A stretch of 63,841 bases of DNA, counting the filler, from Octopus bimaculoides (lineage: Eukaryota): the NCBI RefSeq assembly GCF_001194135.2. It is 6 parts of 6 records of this genome, joined end to end, with 100 filler letters (N's around TTAATTAATTAA, not from the genome) between each part and the next. Parts side by side here need not be neighbours in the genome. Positions count along the whole stretch, not along the records: positions 35,330 to 44,926 come from NC_068983.1; positions 45,027 to 49,461 come from NC_068989.1; positions 49,562 to 60,659 come from NC_069000.1; 3 more parts are not named here. The stretch is one strand, 5' to 3'. Position numbers and translations under genes: made by a program. The notes beneath the pieces were generated by a model that did no database searches, had not been told where the DNA came from, and saw nothing but the letters and a program-made list of their open reading frames with translations. Every line of letters starts with the position of its first letter. The stretch's first letter is position 1. Below, in pieces: positions 38,151 through 49,929 of this stretch.

Positions 38151-39544
38151 AACAAAATTTTTTGAAGCGAAATCTCTTTCTAGAAGAGACAAGGAAGTTA
38201 CGTTTCCAACACGAATTTCCTATCATGAGAGCACCAACTAAAAGTTACACTTTTTGAATTAAAGAAGGCACATAGGCCAAGTGAATTTTTTAGGTTCCTA
38301 TCCCCACCCAAAAACTGTGCGCGCAAGCGTGTGTGAGTACGCTCGCGCGAGAGTGTAAGTTCCTGTTTGTTGGTTGGGTTTTAACCAGATATGCGTGTCT
38401 GTGTTTATATTTGTGTTTGAGCACGTATGTGTGTATGTGCATGTTCCCTTTACTTGTTCCGTGTGTATTTGCATTCAGTTTCTGTTGTTCTTATTTTAAT
38501 CACAAGGTCTATGATCAACATTCTAGCCGTAACTACACACTTCTTTCCCATTCTTTTTCTTATGTATAGGGAACTCAGAATCACGTTATCCAACATGCCC
38601 GTTCCCGAAATACAAATTAGCTCAATTTGCATTCTTAGTTTACGGTGTGTACTTATTTTTAAAAATTATCTATACAATATAAAAAAATGTATGCAATTTT
38701 TGTGTGTATGTGTGTGTGTGCATGTGTGTGTGTAATATCTACCTTTTTTCTAAAACGGCAAGGTGAGGTTTGAGGCAGCTTTGACTGCTGTTTCTAACAA
38801 ATCGAGCGATCACATTACATCTTGTAGGCTCGTATAATTTATAAGTACTAAGTGTACGTACATATGTTTTACAATCTATATAATTTATATTTTATATAAT
38901 TTATGTTTCACACTTGAGTGCATTTTTTCGCATGTGTATAAACACATGTATGTATGTAAGTTTTGTATGAATCTGTGTGTATTTTGAATTGCATATACAC
39001 AATGTATTTCATAGCCGGATTTTTAGGAGGTCAAGAGGGAGTGGGCGCTCCACACAGAGTGGTTTCCCTTCCCAGCATCCTTGCATGAAGACGGCTTCCC
39101 CTATCTCCTTATTTAAACATTTGTTTAAAAAACTTTAAAATCCATTTTCTCTACTTACTTCAGTTACTGGACCTTAAAGTAGCTAATACCCGTTATCCAA
39201 AAGCAGCTTTAAATCCCTTGGGAATAAAACGAGTGAATGTTTGGAGAAAAATTATCAACGAATAAACAAAAGTAACAAAAACGAAAGCTTTCTGAAAAAT
39301 ATGTATCTATATGTTGTTTGACCCTGCAATGACCCATCAATTTCAGGTTTTTGTACTCGTGATTACACAAACAAACATATATTGCCACTACCGAAAATTT
39401 AGAATTCTGTTCGACAATGAAGTCATTTGGTGCGCTGGTCATATTTACCAGAAAAAGGTAAAACTGGCTTCCAGACTTTAATTATAAAATTATTTCTCAC
39501 CCAACAGGTAAAATCAGTTTTTCTTTCTTTTAACTTTGGAATAT

Positions 39545-40410
39545 GATTTGGGATCTTTCTGATTTGACGGGCAACACTTTGGTAGAATGTGTTATATAAA
39601 ACAACTTTTTCTCTTAGCCTTCTTAACAAAAAATTGTACATCGCAAGTTATTTCATGTTAAAGTTGTCGTATTTCTGTAATTTCAACCAATCACTGACGT
39701 CTATTCAGCTGAATACAGTTACTACTGTTTTGTAAACAATGATTTTTTGCCGGTGAGAAAAATGTTATTCCCTGTTAACATATTTCATCCGGTTTTTTGA
39801 TTTGTTTTCTTTTGAAGCAGATAAAATTACAGAAAAATGGTAATTTATACGCATATATNNNNNNNNNNGAGGTGCATTAATAATTCTGCCAGCTCCAATA
39901 ACAAGTGCAGGCAATATTCAAGTATTTTGATGGCTTTTTCCCCTTATTAGCTATTATTCAATCAACTGAAACAAGTAGAATAGTGTAATTCAAGCATATT
40001 GGCAGGAGCTAATAAACCTTTTTATTATAGGCACAAGGCCTGGGTTTTGAGGGAAGGAGTAAGTCAATTATATTAATTCCAGTGCATAACTGGTGCTTAA
40101 TTCAAAAGGATGAAAAGCATTTGTTGGAGGTGAACAGTGTAGTTAATCGGAAATGTCAGAACTAGCAGGGATTAATACCATATACACCGCCACAGCAGTA
40201 ACTGTATTCAACTGAATAGACATCAGTGACTGGTTGAAATTATCGACATAAGACAATTTTTAACATGAAATAACTTCGAATACAAAAATTTTTATCTGTT
40301 CTATAACACAAAATATACAAGTATACGAAGTTTGAAAGTGTTTCGGTACCAAAAACACTATATAAAACATAAATGAAAAATGTTGCCCGTCAAATCAGAA
40401 AGATCCATGA
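39545..40410. mobile_element. Foldback/MITE-like element with long (about 200-bp) diverged inverted arms; degenerate SINE B inside (about 40015-40120)
   Basis: 39545-39730 (gatctttctgatttgacgggcaaca...gttatttcatgttaaagttgtc...caaccaatcactgacgtctattcagctgaatacagttac) is inverted at about 40195-40410. Confidence 0.75.
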
Positions 40411-41099
40411 CTTGTTCAATTTTTTGTTTTCCATTAAACTTAATCTTTTCCGTTCTCTTTTCTTTTTTATATTTATATTTTTCATCAACGCCATTCCAAT
40501 TCATCAAATTCTTGAAATTACCATACTAAAAAGTGGAAAAGTATTTCTCCAAAATCGTGTGTTTTTAAGGTTTATATATCAATCAATGTACTGGGACAAT
40601 GGTCTACCAATTTGTTGTTATTGTTATTTTCGTGTTACGTTCGTAATATATCACTGCTGATAGTGATTTAGTACCTGTCACTATTGCCAGTGCTATTCTT
40701 CAACTTTATTTTTCGATTTTCAGCTATCTCTGTTAAAAATTAGTTGTTATTTTAGCGGATGTCAACTACTATGAGTTTCTGGTTGTGAACAGGTGGATTT
40801 AAAAAGAAAAAAAAATCCTTAATCTGTAATGCTCGATTTGCTGTTAATCGCTTGAACTCTTTTCTGTTAACATTTGATTTACTTTAGTAGCAGGCCTATT
40901 TGACCCAGACATAAGAGTAACAGAGGTACGTATAAACTGCCTGGCTAAGATTAAATGAAGTGAGTTTACATGGCTGTTGTTAGTTCCTGCTTTATTTTTG
41001 AGACAACTTTCTCTTTGTTTTTATTCAAATTATGTTTTCACACAGAATATCCAATATACCACGGAATATTCGGCTGTCTCTGGAAACATTTCCAAAGAA

Positions 41100-42360
41100 A
41101 GAAGTGAAAAATGCTACTGTATTGGCAAAGGCACAACATATTGCAAAAATTTTCTTTGTTTCAAAAAAGGAAAACAGAAGCTAATGAAGAATCAATAATA
41201 GATGTCTCTTTTGAGAAACTAGCTGCACTCCCAAGTGCATCTGCAAAAAATAGGAGAAACATATTAGCTGAAGATATTGAAGATGGAAAATTACTGCATC
41301 CTGCTGACACGGATAGCAAAGTGCCATCTTAAGATCTGGACCGAGCCAGGTAGTTTTCTGCAGGAGAAATGCATGTGTCCATGTTCCTTTAGAACCCAGA
41401 ATCTTGATACCATTATAAAAAAAGGCGACGGCAAACTAGATGGGCACTATCATTATTTTAAAAATTCAGTGTTTTATATTATTTGTGACAATGGTGAGCA
41501 GTGTTTGAGAAAGTGGGTCTTGTACAGCCCATTGAAGAGTGCAGTTCATTGCTTTTAATGTATTTTAATTTCAAGCTGCCGTGACAGGTTTTTCAAAAAG
41601 GATGGCTTTAAGGATTAGAAAAAAAGCAGAGAAAAATAAAAACACACGAACAAAGCCAAGGCCACAGAGATCCTGGGTTACAGTTCACATGATTTACGTA
41701 GGGAATGGTCTGTTAATAGGGAGGTGGAAAAGTAAGTGCAGGAAAATAAGAAATATTGGACTGAAATTATTGCATGGTGTTGTGACCGTGACAGTATTTC
41801 TAGCCAAAAGAGGCCTGGCGTTTAGGAGTAGTGAAGAATTCATAGGATCAAAGCACAATGGGAACTTTGGAGGAATTATGGAACTTACTGCACAATTTGA
41901 TCCATTTCTAATGGGTCACTTGAAAGCAGTTGGCAATCCCAGAAGTGGTAAGCAGTTATACATATCACTGCCATCTACAAAGAAATTGTTCCGTTGAATA
42001 CAAAATATGGGAATCATATTGCAGCAGAACTTAAAACTGCCGAGTATTTGTCAGTTTCTGTATGCTTCTGTAGATTTAACGCGCTCATATATACTGTTTC
42101 TGGGAAGCCGATAGAAAGGCTTCTAACTTTCCTGCAGACTGGTTCTCTCATACAGTGAGGTAGTGAGTAGTGATTACATCTGTGTTAGAATTTCTTTAAA
42201 ATTGAAGACTGGAGGTACGGTTCTATGATAATGGCAATACACAGGAATGCGAACCAAACTCAAGGAAAATAACTTGATTTCAGTTTTCGTTTCCTGTGCT
42301 GCTTATTCATTGAATCTTGTTGGACACGCTAACACTTCTTGTGTTGAAGCTGTAGGCTAT
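41100..42360 (+). pseudogene. hAT transposase (ZMYM1/DUF4371-like), fragmented and 3'-truncated
   Basis: RKWVLYSPLKSAVHCF, VVTVTVFLAKRGLAFRSSEE..GSKHNGNFGGIMELTAQFDPFLMGHL, YDNG and VFVSCAAYSLNLVG match hAT motifs (LAxQGLAFRG..NGNF..L..; YDxA; HCxAHxLNL). Confidence 0.85.
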
Positions 42361-42373
42361 TTTGGAAAAATAC

Positions 42374-42450
42374 CGCATGGTGAACAGGAAATCCACCGCG
42401 CGGTGAACAGGAAATTGACCGCGTGGTGGACAGGAAATCGGTCATGTGGT
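42374..42450 (+). repeat. Three copies of a 23-bp tandem repeat (ccgcgtggtgaacaggaaat...)
   Basis: Direct inspection, at the hAT truncation point. Confidence 0.85.
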
Positions 42451-43009
42451 TGGGGGAAGTAGGAAGGGGTGGTAGATGTGGGGGTATATATGCATACATG
42501 TACATGTATATGCCAATATATCTGCGTGTATATGTGTGCGTAGATGTACATACATACATCCGCGCATGCACGCTCACACACACGCACAAACACGTACGTT
42601 CACATATGCACACGCGCATACACACACAGACACACACACCACGCGTGCACACGAGCACACGCATACGCGCGCGCACACAAGTGTGCACCTGTACATACTT
42701 ACATACGCACGGGTATATGGGCGTGCACGCTCGCACATGTACATCTGCGCACACAACCGTGTGCATGCGTACGCTAAACTGATGCATATACTCGCTCACG
42801 CACATGCGCGCGCGCACATATACTCGTGTGGTTATACACAAGGGGTGATGTACAAGGGTATGCGGGTAGACAGGTATGGAAAAGTGTTGAGGATTGGTGA
42901 TTTGCGGTGCTGTTCATGGGAGTTAATTTGTGACGGTGACCTTGGTGCAGGCGGTGCTAGGGTAGCAGTTACTTAGGAGATATACCCGGGTTGTCGGCGA
43001 CGAGTGGTT

Positions 43010-43440
43010 TGAAATTTACCTGAAGGGTATACCTCTGGTGACAGTAATACAATACCTCATATTTCTTGTTGATAGATACTGCGGGTTAGTAAATGATATA
43101 CAGTTTTTTCGCGGAGGCACAGCTGGCAGTTAGGGGAGCCGGGTGAACATGGTGGCGCCCTGTCGATAATAGTTCACTTGATGCTGGGTATTTCGTCTCA
43201 GAGGCCACGAAGTCTCCACAGAAAGCGTGACAAGAAGCTGAAGTTCTATGTCCCTGGATCTAAATGAATGCAAGTGCTGGGAGTATCTTCCCTTGAAGTC
43301 ATTGGCTGTCATAGCCGTATAGTGCCTAGTAATGCCATCGGATGGTGTAAGGGTGGTTCTGAATACTACAGCCCTTGAGAGGCTGGATCCTCTCAGAAGG
43401 CAGATGGTAGGGTTTCGGAAGTTGCGGGTTTGGATTGGTG
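43010..43440 (-). pseudogene. Penelope-like GIY-YIG endonuclease remnant (same subtype as 5330-5870)
   Basis: RNPTICLLRGSSLSRAVVFRTTLTPSDGITRHYTAMTANDFKGRYSQHLHSFR, and later CQLCLREK. Confidence 0.8.
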
Positions 43441-43479
43441 CGTGCGTTTATACCTCTGTTGGTGCGTGCACCAGAGACA

Positions 43480-44542
43480 CATGACTACACGAACTAAAGG
43501 ATACACTTATCAGCAGGAACTACTCACCATCATTAATTGAATTAGGCTTTCAACGAGCCCTACAACTCAACATACACGAACTCAGACACCCCAAACTAAA
43601 GAAGGATATACAACTAAAAGCCCTACTATACATATCCACTCACAACCCCCTCAACAATGAAGCCTTCGACACCATCCTCCAGAACATCCCTTTACTAAAA
43701 AGGGACCACAGAATGGATCAAATCCTCCAAACATACACCATCAGAAAGAGCAAAAGACAACACAAGTCAACGAAAAGTCTTCTAACACAGGTCCAAGTAC
43801 ACTCGTCAACAACGTCGAAACTGACAATAAAAAAATGTGGAAGACCTGTGATATATGTGTCAACCTAATTGAGGTATCGGGATTCTCTTTCAAACAGGGT
43901 CAGCTTTTCACAGTGAAAAGCAACTTCACATGTGCTTCGGAATACCTTGTATATGTATTAACTTGCTCGGGGTGTCAAGAACAATATATTGGTCAAGCTA
44001 AAAATAGTTTACGTCAGAAGATGATGGTACATAGATCCCAAATTAAAATACGAGAATACAGAAAAATAGGATTAAGCAAGCACATCGATATCTGCGCCAC
44101 TAACGAATAACCCAACTTCAGAATTTTCCCCCTTTATAAATATAGGGACAATGCAGCTTATAGTCAGTGCATCAGCAAAGAAGCATACTTTATAACAAAA
44201 TATAAACATCTTTTGAATTCTGCAACCACAGATGGAACTACAAGAATTTAGAACTTTCCCACCACAACACGTCACGTTTAGGTCATTTGACCATTAAAGA
44301 AGATCCCACAATTTACTGTGGCACAGCACTCCTATATTTTTCTTTCTCCTTCTCCCTCCTCTTTCCCCATTTCTCTTCCTCCTTCATCTTCTCCGTCAAC
44401 CCGCCTCCTCCTTCTTCTTCTTCTTCTTCTTCTTCTTCTTCTTCTCCCTAGGCTGCTCCTGCTTAAACCATCAACTGTCTGTACCCAAACTATTCCTTCA
44501 AATTTACTACTACCTACCTACCTACAAGGCATTCACAAAGGA

Positions 44543-44593
<51 letters not shown>

Positions 44594-44790
44594 TACAGAC
44601 AGACTGCTTGAAAACTATGGAAATATTTATCTATTCAAACACTAAGAAAATATCTACAAAACATTTCACTTAATTTTTTCTCCGATTTAATTGTTTTTCT
44701 TATTTTACTCTTAGTTGAAAAAAGTCTATAATGACGGAAACCGGTACTAAAATGTACTTCATGAAAAAAAATTATTTTAGCATTTTCTAA
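43480..44790 (+). mobile_element. Penelope-like element 3' part (linker, GIY-YIG, 3' UTR/pseudo-LTR)
   Basis: LLYISTHNPLNNEAFDTILQNIPLL..SKRQ, then TCDIC...FTVKSNFTCASEYLVYVLTCSGCQEQYIGQAKNSLRQKMMVHRSQI...E.YFITKY..LLN. Confidence 0.85.
44711..44750 (+). ncRNA. Degenerate minimal hammerhead-like motif in the Penelope 3' region
   Basis: ttag-TTGAAAA-aagtc-tataat-gacg-GAA-ACCGGT-A-ctaa. Stem I is ttag/ctaa and stem III is the palindrome ACCGGT. The core is two transitions from CUGAAGA. Confidence 0.45.
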
Positions 44791-45026
44791 CTCGTCTTAA
44801 TTTCCTAACCCACACACACACACACATACAGACACATAAATATATATACATATATACATACATATATATATACACATAGATATATACATATATATACATA
44901 CATATTTACATATATATATACATATANNNNNNNNNNNNNNNNNNNNNNNNNNNNNNNNNNNNNNNNNNNNTTAATTAATTAANNNNNNNNNNNNNNNNNN
45001 NNNNNNNNNNNNNNNNNNNNNNNNNN

Positions 45027-45069
<43 letters not shown>

Positions 45070-46100
45070 TCCACAGACACAACGTCATCAACCCACCACC
45101 GGTACTACAACAAATACCACCCCACCGTTTCCAATGCTACCACCACCTTAACCTGAACCAACACCACTACCACTCACTCCACTACCATCATCCTATACAC
45201 CACTTACCCTTTACTACCTCACCCTGCACCCATCACCATCAGTTACCACTATTAATCAGAGCTACTACCCATACCGTTATACCACCAACACCACAAATCC
45301 ACCACTTCCATGAACGCCACCATTAACGCCCACGGCTACATCTCCACCTCCACCGCGACCTCTGGTGAGCATAACACCCACCAGAAATTCAGTTTCGTTT
45401 TTGTCTATCATTGTCCGTCTCCTCCACCACCGAATACCATTGTGCCATCACAGCTACCACCGCCACCTTCATAAGCATTTACTACAAGTGCGACCCATTA
45501 TCCACACATACACCTTAACTCACACTACCATCATCACCATCGACATCATCAACATCACCACCACCACCTCCATGACGACCATCAATTCCACCACTACCAC
45601 CATCACCACAAAAACTACCACCACCACCATCGGCATCACTAGTACCACTATCATCCTAACTGCTAAAACCTCCACAACCACCACCACCACCAACAGTAAC
45701 AACATAACGCCACCGTGCCCACCACCACCACCAGCTCCACCTTAACTCAAGCGCCACCACCTATCACCACCAACGCCACCATCACCACCAACACCGCCAA
45801 CACTTCCACGACCTCTAGCACCCACACTACTACCATCATAACCAACACCACCACCACCAGCAACACCACCATCGGGACCAATATCCCCCGCCAACACCGC
45901 CAATGCCACCATCACCTCCCCACCCCTACCACCACCACCTCCATCATCATCACCACCATCAACATCCATACCACCTCCACCACCATTACCGCCCTCAACA
46001 TCAACATCACCTCCACCACAACCACCACCACCACCACCTCCACCACTACTACTACCGTCACCACAACCATCACCTCCGCTTCCTCCACCACCACCATATT
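45070..46100 (+). repeat. Degenerate (CCA/CAT)n low-complexity tract
   Basis: Direct inspection. The Thr-rich ORFs are artefacts. Confidence 0.9.
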
Positions 46101-46408
46101 TACCTTAATTCTTAATCCTTCACATTGCTATTCTTCGTTTTACCATTCTCTTTCGCTTCTTGTATTGTTTTCATTCTTTATGTTTATATTATATTTGTTT
46201 GTATTGTGTAGTTTGTGTTTATTATGTAATTTTTTTAGAAGTTGCCTCTTGTTTGTTTATTTGTATTAAATTTTGTTGTCTGCGTTCTTGTTTGTCTGTT
46301 GTTTTTTTGTTTTGTTTTGTGTCTGCCTTTGATTTATGTTGTTTGTGCGTTTGTGTTGATGTATTTATCGTTTACATTGTTTCCCCTTGTACTTTATTGT
46401 GTAGCCTT

Positions 46409-46444
<36 letters not shown>

Positions 46445-46447
46445 TGT

Positions 46448-46703
46448 ATATCGTTGCTATTGTGCAAAAATGTCGTAAGTCCAAAACGTTGCTTTTTGAG
46501 CAAACGAAAAACTAGTTTCACCATTGAATAGCAAAACCGTTCTACTACACTTTGATAACTTTTGATATCTTGACATCTGAAGCAGCTGGAGATACGATAG
46601 TTTGACCAAAAGAACCGGCTATTACAAGCAAAAATAGATATTGAAAAAAAACGCATTTGGTCAAATTTGGACATACGACAGTTGAACGTAATAGTAACGA
46701 TAT
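46448..46703. mobile_element. MITE of about 255 bp with 38-bp imperfect TIRs in a TA context
   Basis: Left atatcgttgctattgtgcaaaaatgtcgtaagtccaaa versus the reverse complement of the right end, atatcgttactattacgttcaactgtcgtatgtccaaa (8 mismatches). Confidence 0.75.
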
Positions 46704-47219
46704 ATATATATATTTATATATATACACACACACACACATATCAGAGGCGACTCTAGGTAATCAGCGTTTCTCGGGTTCATCATAGATTTCGCATAAGACA
46801 CATGCCTGCTCGAAGAATTTCACGTTTTTCCGCTTTATTTCTAGCCCCAAACGGCTTATTCTTTTATATCTAGCACTACGTCTTTCTCTATTTCTAAGTT
46901 AAGGGTTAAAATAAAGCAACCCTGCAAAACACAACTGATCTTTAGACAGAGACCCACAGAATAACAGCAATCAGATAACGACAGCGGAGTGCACCACAAG
47001 CATCGGTGATCTGACTGTCGCTTATACAAGTCAGTCTTTTACATCTACTAGGCTCGTTCGCATTAGTCCTAGTTGCTGGATAATTTTTCGTTCCTTTAAG
47101 AATATTGTAGAACGGAAATTTTTCATAGATTGGAATTTAAATCCTAATCTCTATAGAAATTTGTTATTTCAAGAAAGCATTGAATATTGATTTACTTTTA
47201 ATTTTTATGATTATAGATA

Positions 47220-47640
47220 CATTTCTTTTATTAGCCACACAGGGCTCAACGAAGATGGGACAAATACAATGAAGAGCTTTNNNNNNNNNNNNNNNNNNNN
47301 NNGGATCGTAGGAAGGAAAAGGGGGGAGTTCGATCAAAAGGGATCGAAAAAAAAAAAAAAAAGGGCGATCAATAGGGATCGTGTATCACACAGTAATGTT
47401 CTCGTGTAAAAGGGGGGAGGACAGTTTAGGTTTGGCCGTGGAAAGAAAAGCCTACGGAAAAGACCACGGTAACCTTGGTCATAGATAACAACTCGGGCTG
47501 TAAGTTTTGAGCCCGGGTCAGGCGAGTGTGAACGATGTCGAGAGAACATCTGATCTTTTTTTGACACAGGGTACCTCTAAGACGACCACCAGACGCTGAA
47601 CGAAAATAAATGAACTACGACTAGGCTCAAGAACGGCTGA
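47220..47640 (-). mobile_element. Probable LINE (L1/Tx1-like) 3' end; a shorter related terminus at about 19555-19610
   Basis: Shared terminus tttcttta(t)t..cc.caca.gg(g)ct.aac, i.e. an AATAAAGAAA-type end on the minus strand. The clade is inferred from recollection. Confidence 0.45.
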
Positions 47641-47689
47641 AAATACATACTTGAAGCCAGTGTTAGCAGAAATTAAATCAGCTTGCAAA

Positions 47690-47887
47690 TACACGCTGGA
47701 GCACCGCCTTTAGTCCAACAAATCGTCCCCTGGACTTATTCAGTGTAAGCCTAGTACTTATACTTTCGGTATCTTTTGCCGAAACGCTAGGTTACGGGGA
47801 CGTAAACACACCAACATCGGTTGTCAGTTAATGTTGGTGGGACAAACACAGACACACAACCGTATGCATATATATATAGATAGATAA

Positions 47888-47942
<55 letters not shown>

Positions 47943-48413
47943 CGACGGGCTTCTTTCAGTTTCCGTCTACNNNNNNNNNNNNNNNNNNNNNNNNNNNNNN
48001 NNNNNNNNNNNNNNNNNNNNNNNNNNNNNNNNNNNNNNNNNNNNNNNNNNNNNNNNNNNNNNNNNNNNNNNNNNNNNNNNNNNNNNNNNNNNNNNNNNNN
48101 NNNNNNNNNNNNNNNNNNNNNNNNNNNNNNNNNNNNNNNNNNNNNNNNNNNNNNNNNNNNNNNNNNNNNNNNNNNNNNNNNNNNNNNNNNNNNNNNNNNN
48201 NNNNNNNNNNNNNNNNNNNNNNNNNNNNNNNNNNNNNNNNNNNNNNNNNNNNNNNNNNNNNNNNNNNNNNNNNNNNNNNNNNNNNNNNNNNNNNNNNNNN
48301 NNNNNNNNNNNNNNNNNNNNNNNNNNNNNNNNNNNNNNNNNNNNNNNNNNNNNNNNNNNNNNAACTGAACCCGCAACCGTATGGGTGGTAAGCAAGCTAC
48401 TTACCGCACAGCC
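47690..48413 (-). mobile_element. SINE family A spanning a gap, with a central (GATA)n tract
   Basis: Tail at 47690-47860, (GATA)n, then head pieces at 47942-47970 and 48363-48413. Confidence 0.85.
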
Positions 48414-48414
48414 A

Positions 48415-48456
<42 letters not shown>

Positions 48457-48699
48457 GTATCTATCTGTGTTCTTTTGTTTTGGACATTTTTCGTACATTT
48501 TATTGTTTTATTTGTTTTAACCTCCTTCCCCGTCCACCCTCACCTTCCACCTCGCTTTTTATTTATCGATTTTCGTTAATTTGATCTTTCTCGATATTTC
48601 TAATTCTGCCACTGGAACCATGTTCTTTTACTCATGGTGATTGGAACATATCTGTTGCTTACGAAAGAATTCACGAAAACCGAGAGGCACACCAACACA

Positions 48700-48742
<43 letters not shown>

Positions 48743-49212
48743 GCACATACATACATACAAACATACATACATACATTCCTACATACATACATACATGCAT
48801 GCATACATGCACACACACACACACACATACATACATACATACATACATATGTATATAAAAGTGACCACTAAAGTGGAATGTTAATGTGCTAGAAGAAGAT
48901 CACTTAAAAATTCTCAAAGAAAGATTCAGGCGGGCGAGACTAGTTAAAATTATAAATACCTCGGTTATCTGTAGACCATGGTTTCAAAATCAACATTTTC
49001 TTAACGAACGTATCTGTTTTTCCTCAGTACAGACCGCCAACACGATTATAATCCAATAGAATCTCGTGTTAGTTGTCTCCAATAAGTGAAAACGTGCACG
49101 TGATTCTATTAATTATAAAGAGTAAAATTCAAAAGTCTTAGTTTTGGCTCGCTAAATCCGGAAATATCTCTCTAGTTTCCTGGTATTAAATTGATATTAA
49201 TTAATATCAATT

Positions 49213-49244
<32 letters not shown>

Positions 49245-49246
49245 CG

Positions 49247-49280
<34 letters not shown>

Positions 49281-49561
49281 CATACATACATGCACACACA
49301 TGCATATATGCACACACACACCTACATACGTACACACATGGACACACACATACACACATACATACATACATACATACATACATACATGCACACACATACA
49401 TATATGCACACATACATACGTACACACATGGACACACACATACACACATACATACATACATNNNNNNNNNNNNNNNNNNNNNNNNNNNNNNNNNNNNNNN
49501 NNNNNTTAATTAATTAANNNNNNNNNNNNNNNNNNNNNNNNNNNNNNNNNNNNNNNNNNNN

Positions 49562-49625
<64 letters not shown>

Positions 49626-49929
49626 ACGGCAAGAGACAGATGTTGTGGGTGGTTGTTGAGGCTGGGGTAATGGTTGGTCTTACTGATGTGGATGTTGTTA
49701 TCGTTGATGCATTCTCAATCCCTGATGGTGGTTAAGTTGATATATTGAGCATACCGTTGATCGAAGGCGTTCCATCCACGACCATCCTGTCATTTATTTT
49801 TGCTGAGGATTCCATTATCCAATGTATCCGTTTCTTAACGACATTAATAGTGTGATTTGAAGGAGATTTGGCTGCTATTTTTTGCAAGCCTAGCGACTAC
49901 GGAGCGTTTCGTTCGCTGACTCGTTTTGT

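Noticed and set aside
39009-39060. Possible hAT terminal repeat (catagccggatttttagg...)
   Set aside because: No matching opposite TIR was found, and it is separated from the transposase by other repeats.
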